64,000 bases of DNA, from NCBI GenBank assembly GCA_963716175.1, contig OY970296.1, positions 4,448,001 through 4,512,000 of the forward strand. Reading direction: 5' to 3'. This document shows positions 50,238 through 60,386 of the stretch, one piece after another. The position numbers and the translations under genes were made by a program. Source of the DNA: an uncultured Armatimonadetes bacterium (lineage in GTDB: Bacteria; Armatimonadota; Hebobacteria; Hebobacterales; Hebobacteraceae). The notes under the pieces are model-generated. The model did not search any database, had not been told where the DNA came from, and was given only the letters and a program-made list of their open reading frames with translations. How positions within the stretch are numbered: the first letter of the stretch is position 1; each line of letters opens with the position of its first letter.

Positions 50238-52066
50238 TCAGCGGTTGAACTTGCGGTCAATCTCGAAGTTCGAGATGGTCATCACGATGGGCCAGCCATG
50301 AGGACAGGTGTAGGGGCGGGCCGTGGCCACCAGCGCGTCGAGCAGTTCGGTGGTCTCCCCATAGCTGAGCGCGTCCCCGGCCTTGATGGCCGAGCGGCAG
50401 GAAAGCGTCACCAGCAGCCGTTCCCGCCGCCGGTCAAGGGATTGACCCCCTGACTCGGCGGCCAGATCCTCGGCCAGGTCCCGGACCAGGGCAGCGGGGT
50501 CCTCCTTCGCCAGCGCTGCCGGCACCGCGCGGACCAGAAAGGCCTCACTGCCGAAGGCCTCCAGCTCGAAGCCGAGGGCCGATAGCTCCTGCGATTGCTC
50601 GGCCACCACCGCCGCCTCCCGGGGGCCGAGCTGAACCGCCACGGGCTCGAGCAGGGCCTGTGCGCTGGGCCGCCCGGACAGGCGCGCCTCTGTGAATCGC
50701 TCGTACAGCACCCGCTCCTGAGCGCGGTGCTGATCCACCAGCAGCAGCCCCTGGGCGCTTTCGGCGAGAATGTAGGTCTGACGGAGTTGGGCGAGAGGAC
50801 GCAGCTCGGGTCGGCCCCCGCTGGCCTGGAAGGCAGGCGATAGCACGCCCGGTGCGGCCAGCGTCCCCGCCCATCCTGCCGGAAGCTCCCCCTGGGCCCC
50901 GCCGCCGAGGGGGCCCGGCCCTCCGGGCGAAGGGGGCGGGGGCCCGGCCATTTGCCTCAGCCCAAGCTGGGCCGCCGCGCCACTCCGGCCGAGCGCCTCC
51001 TGCACCGCCCGCGACACCAGATGGTGAGCCTCCCATTCCCGGCTCAGGCGCACCTCGGCCTTGGTGGGATGCACGTTGACATCCACCGAGCCAGGCTCCA
51101 CCTCCAGCAGCAGCACCGCCGCTGGATAGCGGCCCTCCGGCAACACGCGCCGATAGGCCTCCTCCAGCGCGTGCGTGATCGCGCGATTGCGCACCCACCG
51201 ACGGTTCACGAACAGGAACTGGCGATTGCGGCTGCCCCGGTGCACAGCAGGCGCGGAGATCAGGCCGCTCACCCTCATCCCCGGCAGCGCCAGCTCCACT
51301 GGCAGCATGGCCTCGGCCAGCTCTCGGCCCCAGGCCGCGGCCACCGCCGCCTGCAAGCTGCTCCCACCAGGATACTGGATCACCTCCCTCCCCTCCCGTG
51401 TCAGCCGCAGGGCCACCTCGGGATGCGAGAAGAGGAACCGGGTGACAACGTCGGCGATATGGCCGACCTCGGACTCGTCGCGCTTGAGGAACTTGAGCCG
51501 GGCGGGAGTGTTGTGGAAAAGCTTGGCCACCGCCACCTCTGTGCCAGGTGGCGCCCCCACCTCCTCCAGCTCCACCACCTCGCCTGCCACCGCGACCAGC
51601 CGGGTGCCGGTGGCTAGGCCCGGCTCGGCCGGGCCGCTGGCTAGGCCGGCAGAGCCGGCCGCCATCCCGGCCCTATCGGGCCTAGGGACATCCCGGCCCT
51701 CAGGCCCAGGGACCTGGGCCTGCGCCGGCCTGGTGACAAGACTGAGATGTGAAACCGCGGCGATGCTTGGCAGGGCCTCTCCCCGGAACCCGAAGGTATT
51801 GATCGCGAACAGGTCTTCGGCGACGCGAATCTTGCTGGTGGCGTAGCGCTGCAGGGACAGCACCGCGTCCTCCCGGGTCATGCCCCGGCCATCGTCCGAG
51901 ACGCGGATCAGCCCCCGGCCTCCCTCTCGGATCTCGACCTCCACCCGCCGCGCCCCGCGTCCAGCGCGTTCTCCATCAGCTCTTTCACCACGGAGGCGGG
52001 TCGCTCGATCACCTCCCCCGCGGCGATCTTGCTGGCGACCGATTCGTCGAGGATGATGATGCTCAC
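50238..52066 (-). CDS. mutL: DNA mismatch repair protein MutL; apparent frameshift near 51955; in-frame palindromic insert 51611-51712
   Basis: GTG 52066 [38 protein letters not shown]; [29 protein letters not shown] and CPHG motifs. Confidence 0.95.
51611..51713. repeat. Cluster of four short hairpin units inside mutL
   Basis: 2x TGGCTA-GGCC(C)GGC-N3-GCCG(G)GCC-GC followed by 2x CATCCCGGCC-...-GGCC-YA-GGGA. Confidence 0.8.
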
Positions 52067-52291
52067 AGACGCGGACTTCGCCGAGGCCAGAGAGCGCTCC
52101 TGCCCTCACGGTGACCGGTGGTTGCCGTTCGCGGGTTAGGCGAGCAACAGCACATGGCCAGGCGTTGGCGCGCAAAGCCGACAGGCGCGTTCTCCCGGCC
52201 GCCGAAGGCGGGGCCGATCAATGAAGACGAAACCGCGCTGTGGGAGCCCGGTCCTCCGGGCGACCATCAGAGGCGCTGAGAGGAGAGTGTC

Positions 52292-53251
52292 GTGAAAGCC
52301 ATCAGAGTCCATGAGTTCGGCGAGCCCGAAGTGATGAAGTTGGAGGAGGTCGCCGATCCGGTTCCTGGGCCAGGGCAGGTTCTGGTGCGAGTGCATGCAG
52401 TGGGCGTGAACCCGGTTGACACCTACTTCCGGGCTGGACGCTACGGACAGATTCCGCTGCCGTACACACCAGGCAGCGACGCGGCTGGCGAGGTGGAGAG
52501 CATCGGCGAAGGCGTGACCGGCGTGGCGGTTGGCGACCGAGTCTACATGGGCGGCACGCTCACCGGCGCCTATGCGGAGAAAGCGCGGTGCGAAGTCTCC
52601 CAGGTCCACCCCCTGCCGGGGCAGGTCTCCTTCAGCCAGGGAGCTGCGGTCGGCGTCCCCTACGGCACCGCCTATCGCGCGCTCGTTCAGCGCGCGCTAG
52701 CAACGCCGGGAGATGTGGTGCTGGTGCATGGCGCCAGCGGTGGCGTTGGCACCGCCGCCGTCCAGTTGGCGCGCGCGGCCGGCATGACCGTGATCGGCAC
52801 CGCGGGCACGGAGAAGGGTCGGCGTCTGGTGGCCGAGCAGGGAGCGCACCACGTGCTGGATCACCGGGCCAGCGACCATCTCCAGCAAGTGCTCGCCCTC
52901 ACCAACGGCCGTGGGGTGGACGTGATCCTGGAGATGCTGGCCAACGTCAACCTTGCGGGCGATCTGACCATCCTGGCGCGGCAAGGGCGGGTGGCCGTGA
53001 TCGGCAGCCGGGGGACAGTGGAGATCAACCCTGGCGAGACCATGCAGCGCGAAGCCAATATCGTGGGCGTGTACCTGAACGGGGCCTCAGAGCGGGAAAG
53101 GGCAGGCATCCATGCCGCGCTGGGCGCGGGCCTGCAGGACGGAACGCTCCGCCCAGTCGTCGGCGAGGAACTGCCGCTTGGCGAGGCCGCGCGCGCCCAC
53201 CACGCGGTCATGGAAGAGCCGGCCCATGGCAAGAGAGTGCTGATTCCCTGA
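52292..53251 (+). CDS. NADPH:quinone reductase (zeta-crystallin/MDR family)
   Basis: GVNPVD, PYTPGSD.AG, VLVHGASGGVG and GVDVILE motifs; AGGAG RBS. Confidence 0.92.
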   Translation: MKAIRVHEFGEPEVMKLEEVADPVPGPGQVLVRVHAVGVNPVDTYFRAGRYGQIPLPYTPGSDAAGEVESIGEGVTGVAVGDRVYMGGTLTGAYAEKARCEVSQVHPLPGQVSFSQGAAVGVPYGTAYRALVQRALATPGDVVLVHGASGGVGTAAVQLARAAGMTVIGTAGTEKGRRLVAEQGAHHVLDHRASDHLQQVLALTNGRGVDVILEMLANVNLAGDLTILARQGRVAVIGSRGTVEINPGETMQREANIVGVYLNGASERERAGIHAALGAGLQDGTLRPVVGEELPLGEAARAHHAVMEEPAHGKRVLIP

Positions 53252-53315
53252 GCCCGCCTCCGGAGGGGTTGCCGATCTCCCCTCCGAGCCCAGCCGAGGG
53301 GCCAGGCGCAGCCTA

Positions 53316-53413
53316 ATGGCGTTCGCACAAAGAAGTAATGTGCGAACGCCGCTCTGGGCCCGTCTGAGCAGTTGCCTGAGCTTCGCCCCCTTGCTTCTTT
53401 GAGCGAAGCTCAG
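53316..53413 (+). mobile_element. MITE-like element family A (98 nt), diverged copy A3
   Basis: Same length as A1/A2 without gaps; C-TA|element|TA-G; both hairpins retained with compensatory changes. Confidence 0.75.
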
Positions 53414-54960
53414 TAGCTGCGAGCCGTCGTGGTAACAGCCGCGTCGGCCCGCTCTGACTCCTCCAGGTGTCCCTCTGCCTCCAAGGTCAGGAAGGCCCGC
53501 ACCAGCTCCGGGTCCCACTGCCGGCCGGTGCCGCGCTCCAGCTCCTGGCGCGCCCTCAGCCGGCCCGGCGAGCTGCGGTAGTGCCGGTGAGAGGTCATGG
53601 CATCGTAGGCATCGGCGATGGCGATAATGCGGGCGGTGATGGGGATCTCGTCCCGAGACAGACCCGTGGGATAGCCCCTGCCATCGTACCGTTCGTGGTG
53701 ATAGAGAATCCCGGGGAGAGCGGCGGACAGGCTGAGGCTGCGGCGCGCCAGGGATTCGCCGACCGTGGGATGGCTCTGGAGCAGGGCCCGCTCCTCCGCA
53801 GTGAGAGGCCCGGCCTTCACCAGCACCCGATCGGGGATGCCGATCTTGCCCACATCGTGGAGCAGCGCAGCGGCGCGCACCGCGCCGACATCGTAGTCGG
53901 ACAGCCCGATGGCATGGGCAAGCGCCACCGCGTAGGCCGTCACTTGCTTGCTGTGCCCTCCGGTGATGCGGTCGCGGGCGTCCACCGCCGCCACCAATGC
54001 CTCCAGCGCGCCCCAGTCGGAGTTTTGCAGGAACTGGTAGAGCTGATAGGGATCGGTGACCTCCTGGGCGCCCGGCACCCGGTTGAACGGGCAGGCCTTA
54101 TCCCGGCCGGAGTACTTGGCCATGTACATGGCAACATCGGCGGCCATGATCAGCCCGTTCTTCTGCACGCTGTGCTGGGGATAGGTGGCGGCGCCGATGC
54201 TCACGGTCAGCCGTGCCAGGCCGGCGCGCCTATCCCCCGAGGTGCACGGCAGGCGGAAGGCCTGCTGCCTCACCTCGGAGAGGATCTTCCCCGCAACCTG
54301 GAGGGCACCGCCCAGGTTCGTCTCCGGAAGCAGCACCGCGAACTCGTCTCCGCCATAACGGGCCGCCAGGTCGGTAGCGCGGATTGCGCTCACCACTCGC
54401 TCTCCCACCTGCCGCAGCACCTGGTCTCCGCCCGCGTGGCCGTGGGTTTCGTTGATCTGGCGGAAGCTGTCCAGGTCAATCATAAGCAAAGAGAGGCAGT
54501 GGTCGTAGCGCTTGGCGCGTGCTAGCTCCTCGGACAGGCGCTCGTGGAAACGGCGGTGGCCGCAGAGACCGGTGAGGGCGTCGGTGTTGTCTGAGCCGGC
54601 GGCCCGGGGCTGGCTCTGTGGCAACTGGGCCAGCGCCCGGTTGAGCCAGATCGGCAGTTCGTCCACTTCGTCTTGCGGCTTCCAGACCGAGGGCCCGGCG
54701 ATGCGCACTCGGGCCTCCCCGGCGGCCGCCCGCTCGGCCGCCTCTCGCGCGGCGAGCACCACGCGGCAGAGTCGCCCCATCAGGTCGGCAGTGGCCACCA
54801 CCGCCACCAGACAGAGCACTCCGCCCACCAGCAGCCAAGGCAGGTCAGACCATTGGACGAGTGCCGCCGCCCATCCGCCCAAAGCGAGCAAGGCCAGCAG
54901 CACAGAGAGGGCCCAAGTCTTGTACCTGAGCCCGACCGGCTTCCGCTCGAGATCCCGCAA
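53410..54960 (-). CDS. Membrane-anchored GGDEF + HD-GYP protein
   Basis: Two TM helices; RATD I-site, RYGGDEF, LLHDVGK and HHERYDG.GYP motifs. Confidence 0.92.
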   Translation of the reverse strand: MRDLERKPVGLRYKTWALSVLLALLALGGWAAALVQWSDLPWLLVGGVLCLVAVVATADLMGRLCRVVLAAREAAERAAAGEARVRIAGPSVWKPQDEVDELPIWLNRALAQLPQSQPRAAGSDNTDALTGLCGHRRFHERLSEELARAKRYDHCLSLLMIDLDSFRQINETHGHAGGDQVLRQVGERVVSAIRATDLAARYGGDEFAVLLPETNLGGALQVAGKILSEVRQQAFRLPCTSGDRRAGLARLTVSIGAATYPQHSVQKNGLIMAADVAMYMAKYSGRDKACPFNRVPGAQEVTDPYQLYQFLQNSDWGALEALVAAVDARDRITGGHSKQVTAYAVALAHAIGLSDYDVGAVRAAALLHDVGKIGIPDRVLVKAGPLTAEERALLQSHPTVGESLARRSLSLSAALPGILYHHERYDGRGYPTGLSRDEIPITARIIAIADAYDAMTSHRHYRSSPGRLRARQELERGTGRQWDPELVRAFLTLEAEGHLEESERADAAVTTTARSY

Positions 54961-55112
54961 GTGGTACTGCTCCCGATCGGCCAGGGGCCAAGAGCTCTAC
55001 AGAAAGGGTTATTCCACAATCGCCGCCTGCTTGCCAGGCAGGAGAGCGAAGTGGCCGATGACCGTTCTTGTAGGGCGGCCATGCGCCCCGGCCCGCCGGA
55101 AATGGGAGGAGG

Positions 55113-55631
55113 CTAGTCGGCCGACCACTTCCATTGGTAGCGCTGCTTCTCCCCGCGCAGCCCGCGCTGTTTCTCCTCCTTCTGCTTCTCATACACGGCT
55201 CGGACTGCCTCCGGCGTGTTCGCCACGCCGCCAGGTGGATAGGCCTTCAAGGCGGGCGGGGCGGCGGACGCCAGCACCCGGTAGGCGTCCGGCCGGCGGA
55301 GCTTGAGATGGCGCTCCCGATGGTCTCGGATGCCGCTGTAAAGGTACTCCCAGAAGTTCTCAGGGGCCAGGGTAGCGTGCTCGACGTCCACGTCTGCGGC
55401 GATCACCGCCTCCTCTGCCTCCCCGGCATCGGCCAGGATCCTGGCATTCGGGGCGGCGATGCGAGAGCCGAAGTGGGTGGAGGTGAGGTAGAAGACCTGA
55501 GCATCCATGGCTCGCGCCCGCACCCGGTAGTCGGCCGGGCTGGCAGCAGAACAGTGACAGATGATGCGCGCGCCGTTGAGCGCGCAGGCCGCGGTGGACT
55601 CCGGCCACATGTCGTCATAGCAGGCCATCAT
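55113..55631 (-). pseudogene. C-terminal fragment of a carbon-nitrogen hydrolase (nitrilase superfamily)
   Basis: Begins at MACYD.MWPE (catalytic Cys motif) followed by ALNGARII. The N-terminal Glu/Lys half is missing and is replaced by unrelated sequence. Confidence 0.7.
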
Positions 55632-55840
55632 CTGTTCAAGGCCTACCAGCCCGACCAGATTTGCGCCAGAAGCAAACCAGGAAGCTCCTGGAGGCTTTTT
55701 CAGTGTCTGAGGTTAGTCGTTCCATCAGTCGGCGCTTACTTGCGAAAACCCCGAGATGATATCCTAGAAAAAATGAGTCTCTGGCATGGGCCGACTAGGC
55801 CTCTTGGGTTCTTCGTGGGTACAAGAGTCAGGAGATCAAC

Positions 55841-56488
55841 ATGATGAGACGGCGCGCAGCAGTCAGACTGATAGACCAGGCGGCCGAGGTGCGGCCGGAG
55901 TTCTTAGGCAAGCGGCCCACTCCACTCGCCGATGAGATCGAGCGCAAATGGACGGAGCAGACACAGGCATTCGATCAGTACCGCAAAGGTCAGGGCAAAT
56001 CACTAAGGACGCGAGAGATAGATCAGTTTGAGCTGGCCCGACTGGTGGCATGGGCGACACACACCGGGGCCCCACTCGCCGAGTTCGGCGAAGATCATGC
56101 CACACAGTTCATAGTCGGGCAGGATGGTGAGATCACCCCTCGCGGGGTGAACATGTGCATTCAGTCCTGCTGTCTCTTCGGCGATTGGCTACTGAGTCGC
56201 GGTCTCTGGTCGGCGAACCCATTTCGCCAGATCACACGCCGGAGAGAGATCAAGAACCGGCAGCCGAAGGGCTTGACCAAAGAAGAACTCGGAGCCCTGC
56301 TTAAGGCCCCGGACCTGAAGACGGCCAATGGCTTGAGAGACTTCCTCTGCATGTATCTCATGGCCTTCGTTGGGCTGCGTGTTGGCGAAGTCGTTCACCT
56401 CCGCGCCAGCGATGTTGACACAGAGGCCTGTCGGCTGGTGGTGAGAGGTGAGACGGCGAAAACCCGCGTCGAAAGGGGTCGGGTCTGA
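55841..56488 (+). pseudogene. 3'-truncated tyrosine recombinase/integrase
   Basis: AGGAG RBS; NPF, LTKEE...LL, GLRD..GLRVGE and AKT motifs present; HxxR, LGH and the catalytic Tyr are absent. Confidence 0.8.
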
Positions 56489-57169
56489 ACCCCGGATTCT
56501 GGTCCACCTGGACTCATTCTTGGGGGCAAGGTCACACTGTGGATGACGGCGTCTGCTTCAGACGCCTGTTCGGTCCCGACTGAGGCACCCAAGAGGGAAC
56601 CTAGCGCCAGCGGTAACCAATGCTATGGGTTCCACTTCGCCGGTCTAGGCGGCTCCTGACCGCGGCACGTGGGCTCACCCTCCTGCGGAACCGAAGCCGA
56701 CGCTACACCAGGGAATGCCGCTTGTGCCACGGCCTATTTCTGGTACACTAAGGGCGGATGCACGTCGTTCTGTGGTACCTCTGAGTCACCCCGCTGAGCA
56801 GGCCAGCCGATCCTTGGAGACGTGGCATGAGACCTGCACGGCAGCCGGGTCAGAGACGCGTCGACCTTCTTCAGTCCCGTCGGCCCCATGATCTCTTGCG
56901 TTGGTTTCGTCTTCTCATCCGGCTCGTGGCCCATGTGGCCTTTCCTGCCGCCACGGTGGCCGCCGTCCCCCAAGGCTCGTCAGCAACGGAGTCGCCTCTG
57001 GGCGGCTCAATAGCGAGGTACTGGCACACTCGTCGCTCGGCTGCGGGAACCCGCCTTCCTGGACTGCTGGCATGGCATGGTAAGGACCGAGTCTCTGCTT
57101 AAGGCCTGGGAGAATGACAGTGCCGATTCGATGTAACCAGCCCATGCGATGAGAGAGAGGTGAGAGCAG

Positions 57170-57409
57170 ATGAGGATCACCTGCCCGAAGTGCAAAGAGG
57201 TGCAGAGCGCGGACGAGAAGACTGCCACCTGCTCCAGCTGTCGGACGGTGCTGCGGCGTTGCACGGACTGCGCCCATTACGACGTTAGGGTCTCGCTCTG
57301 CAAAGCCGTCAACCGGCCGATCGCGCCGGGCGAATCTCACTACCCGACCTACGCATCCGCAAGCACCTATTGCCGCAGCTACGCGCCCGCCAATCCCCCG
57401 CCCGCTTAG
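57170..57409 (+). CDS. Small Cys-rich zinc-ribbon protein (79 aa)
   Basis: GAGGTG RBS; CPKC, CSSC and CTDC plus two further Cys. Confidence 0.75.
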   Translation: MRITCPKCKEVQSADEKTATCSSCRTVLRRCTDCAHYDVRVSLCKAVNRPIAPGESHYPTYASASTYCRSYAPANPPPA

Positions 57410-57645
57410 GCCGGCGGGGGCCGAAGGGCACGTCGCTCTTCATGCTGTGATCCGGAGTCGAAAGCGGCCGCGTTCCTGCCGCAGAATCGCCGAGACGAAT
57501 GCTGGGGGCCCAGAAGCACGGTCTCAGCGGCTCTTGGGCACTTCAGACGGTACGGCCACTGAGCGTCGCATTGCTTGGCGGCTCGCGCTTCAGTCTGGGA
57601 AAGAGCGGCTGGCCGGCAGCGCCGACGCCAGGGAGGCGAGAGAAG

Positions 57646-57957
57646 ATGCCAGAGGATAGAGACAGGGAGTTCCTGATCATCATCTGCGAGAGCGGAACGT
57701 GCAATGAAGTGCTCCGACGCATCCAGGCTGCGGGCGTGGACCGCTATACGATCCACCGGGGGGTCACCGGGTGCGGCGAGACCGGACGGCACGAAGGGAC
57801 ACCGGTCTGGCCAGGGGACTGCACCATGATCTACGCGTGCGTTCACCAAGTGCAGGTCGGGCCCGTACTGGAGACGCTGACGGCGCTGCATAGCAGCCGG
57901 CAGCAACACACTCTGGGCCTGAAGGTGTTCAGCCTTCCGGCGCGGGAGTTGCTCTGA
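57646..57957 (+). CDS. P-II-like small protein (transporter-associated type)
   Basis: GGGAGG RBS; YT...GVTGCGETG..EG..VWPG motif. Confidence 0.7.
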   Translation: MPEDRDREFLIIICESGTCNEVLRRIQAAGVDRYTIHRGVTGCGETGRHEGTPVWPGDCTMIYACVHQVQVGPVLETLTALHSSRQQHTLGLKVFSLPARELL

Positions 57958-58238
57958 GGGGGTCAGAGCGCAAGGATGTGCAGGCAGTGTTCCGAAACTG
58001 ATCTGCACCGTCAGAACGGGCCAGAAGCCCTGGGGCGACAGCATCTTGCCGCTCCACTGTGAACAGCCCCGTCGCAGTCTGGCCACCACACGTGGGTTCA
58101 TCCTCCGGCGCAATGGAGTGCCCACACTACACCAGGAGATATGTTCAGAGCAAGGGTGCAACGGTCTCAGGGCAAGATGACCACCACAACCGGATGCATC
58201 GTATTCTCATTCCTCTTCGTCCCCATCACGCAGCATCA

Positions 58239-58595
58239 CTACTGCTCCCTTCCCGCCTGGTCAGCCCGGGCTATCTCGCCGAGTTGCTCTTCCACTCCGG
58301 CCAACCGCTGCCGGGTCCTCTCCAGGGTGTGGTGTTTCCGGTCATGGCAGGTCAGCACCCTTCCCAGGGGCGAGGGCAGTTCTTCACCCAGCACTCGCAG
58401 CCGGCGGATGCTGGCGTCCGGCTCCTGCAATCGGCGGCGCCGCTGATCTAGGTCAGCCTTGGCGGCCGCCTCGGCCTCGGCCAGGTCCGCCGCCAGATCC
58501 TGCAATTCCAGCTCGAGCGCGCCAACCTTGCCGGTCAGCCTTAGCCTCTCCGCCTCCGCCTTGCGCCGCCGCCGGTATTGCTCATCCCTCGCCAT
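58239..58595 (-). CDS. Hypothetical coiled-coil protein
   Basis: GAGGA RBS; charged helical composition. Confidence 0.55.
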   Translation of the reverse strand: MARDEQYRRRRKAEAERLRLTGKVGALELELQDLAADLAEAEAAAKADLDQRRRRLQEPDASIRRLRVLGEELPSPLGRVLTCHDRKHHTLERTRQRLAGVEEQLGEIARADQAGREQ

Positions 58596-58750
58596 GCTCA
58601 TTCCTCTGTCCTTTCGGTTGTGACCTGCAACCGGCAACTGCGATTGCCGGTTCTGCGAGCCCCTCAGGGCATGCAGGGCGACGATCTCAGGCGGGGCGCG
58701 CCCCCCGTGCTGATTTGTAGATACGTATTCTGCACAGAACCCCGCTTCTA

Positions 58751-58848
58751 ATGATGTTCGCACAACGGAGTAATGTGCGAACATCGCCCTGTGCCTGTCT
58801 GGGCCGCTTCTTGAGCTTCGCCGTGTTACTTCATTTGGCGAAGCTCTT
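58751..58848 (+). mobile_element. MITE-like element family A (98 nt), copy A1
   Basis: ATGATGTTCGCACA...TGTGCGAACATC and GAGCTTCGCC...GGCGAAGCTC hairpins; flanked by TA/TA. Confidence 0.8.
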
Positions 58849-58871
58849 TACTAGCCCCTGTCCCAGCGTGC

Positions 58872-59354
58872 TTAGCCGCCTCTGCCTCTGCGCGGTCGTC
58901 TCTTGCTGGGGAGGGCCGCGGCCTTCTGTTCCAGCATCCGCCTGACATCGCGCCGGCCCAGCTTGCGCAGTGCCACCAGCGTCGCCCGGTTCTGACCCCG
59001 CGGCGAGATCTCTCCCTGTTCCCACCGCGTCACCCCGCGCGTGCTCACCCCCACAAGCGCAGCCAGCTGACCTTGTGTGATCCCCAACCGAGTGCGCAGT
59101 GCCCGGATCAGACGCCCCGACAGCCGCGCCCTTCTTGCTTCCTCCTCAGAGAGCTCCAGACGATCCTTCCTGGCCTCGGCCTCTCGTACTTGCGCCGCCA
59201 CCACTCGCTGCAACCTGGCAACGCCCTTGGTGAGCCGCCCCAGGCCCCGCTTCAGCTGGCGTACCTCCTTGCCAAGAGGGAGCACCACGCCTCGCAGCTC
59301 CCTCCTCAACAAACGCAGGATCTCAGAACGAACGGCCTCTTCAAGCCTTCCCAT
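58872..59354 (-). CDS. XRE-family HTH protein with N-terminal coiled coil
   Basis: AAGGAGG RBS; IRALRTRLGITQGQLAALVGVS...V.RWEQG motif. Confidence 0.85.
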   Translation of the reverse strand: MGRLEEAVRSEILRLLRRELRGVVLPLGKEVRQLKRGLGRLTKGVARLQRVVAAQVREAEARKDRLELSEEEARRARLSGRLIRALRTRLGITQGQLAALVGVSTRGVTRWEQGEISPRGQNRATLVALRKLGRRDVRRMLEQKAAALPSKRRPRRGRGG

Positions 59355-60197
59355 GCTGTCGGCCTCCTTGAACCGCCCACTGGGCAGAACCACTCCCAGC
59401 CCCCCAGGCCAGACCCTGCTAAGCCAATGGAGTGATTCCCCGGATGTATGGCTGTGTTCTTCTGCGCACGCGCCGAACGATCCTCGGGCCCTATTGCCCT
59501 CACGCGGCACCGAAGGACTAGGCATCCCCTGGTGTCGATGACAGGCGCCCCCTCTGCGGGCGCTGGCAACTACCGAAAGGTGAAAGGCATGTTTGAGAGT
59601 GGGCCGGTATCGGCGCATCCGAGCCCACAGATGAGTTCCGGAATGCGACGGGGACCGCATTCGACCCGCGCTCGGCGCAACAGCCTCAGACCGAACCCGC
59701 AGATGGGGTAACTGATTCGCGCTCGGCATGGAGGCCGGGTCGCAGCCGTGTCGGCCTGCGATCCGGGCTCACCTCGCATCCCCCCGTCCTGGGTCAACCC
59801 CTGAGGCGGGGGTTCTGTCATTAGCGGGGTAGGGCGGAGGGGAGCCGACGTCAGAGGGGGAATGTAGCCGGCCCCGCACTCCGCCCGCAAGAATCATAAC
59901 TCAGGTTGCCACAATGGAGTGAGTCACTGCCGCTTCATCGCGGATCGCGGATCCCTCCGCGGTCCCACCTCCGACGGAGCCCCTCTCCTGTCCTGGTAGT
60001 GGTCAGCCGCCAGTTCTCAGCGAATCCTGCGAGCCGCTCCCCAGTCGTCTTGCTGGACCAGGGGGGATACCTTCCCCCTCACCGGGCAGGAACACAGACG
60101 CTTCTGTGGAACGAACATCTTGAGACGAAGCCCATGCGTCCAGGACCTCGCCTCCTGAGCTGAGGCAGTGCGCTCGGCAGAAAGGGGAAGCGAGGCC

Positions 60198-60386
60198 ATG
60201 CGGCTCGCCACTCAAGGCTGGAGAGGACAGCCTTCCTGGCACCGCTTTCATGCGACATCCGTCGGCAAGTGCTACCACCGCGCTGGGTGTCCTTCCCTTG
60301 GGCGAAACAGCGTCGCCGTCACCCATGCTGAAGCTCTAGCCAAAGGCCTTACGCCCTGCAAGATATGCAAGCCACAGCCTTACTAG
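60198..60386 (+). CDS. Small ORF or remnant with an Ada-like metal-binding tail
   Basis: GKCYHRAGCPSL...EA.AKGLTPCKICKP motif. Confidence 0.5.
   Translation: MRLATQGWRGQPSWHRFHATSVGKCYHRAGCPSLGRNSVAVTHAEALAKGLTPCKICKPQPY

Noticed and set aside
56548-56715. 6S RNA, M-box, cobalamin riboswitch or IscB omega-RNA assignment
   Set aside because: Only isolated short words resemble these families, and their conserved elements do not occur in order; kept as an unassigned candidate.
59565-59590. c-di-GMP-I riboswitch-like GGCAAC-TACC-GAAA-GGTG
   Set aside because: Lacks the following GACGCAAA junction and the P3 receptor helix.
59957-59971. T-box-like GAGGTGGGACCGCGG on the minus strand
   Set aside because: No recognisable stem I or antiterminator partner, and the downstream gene is an XRE regulator rather than an amino-acid gene.
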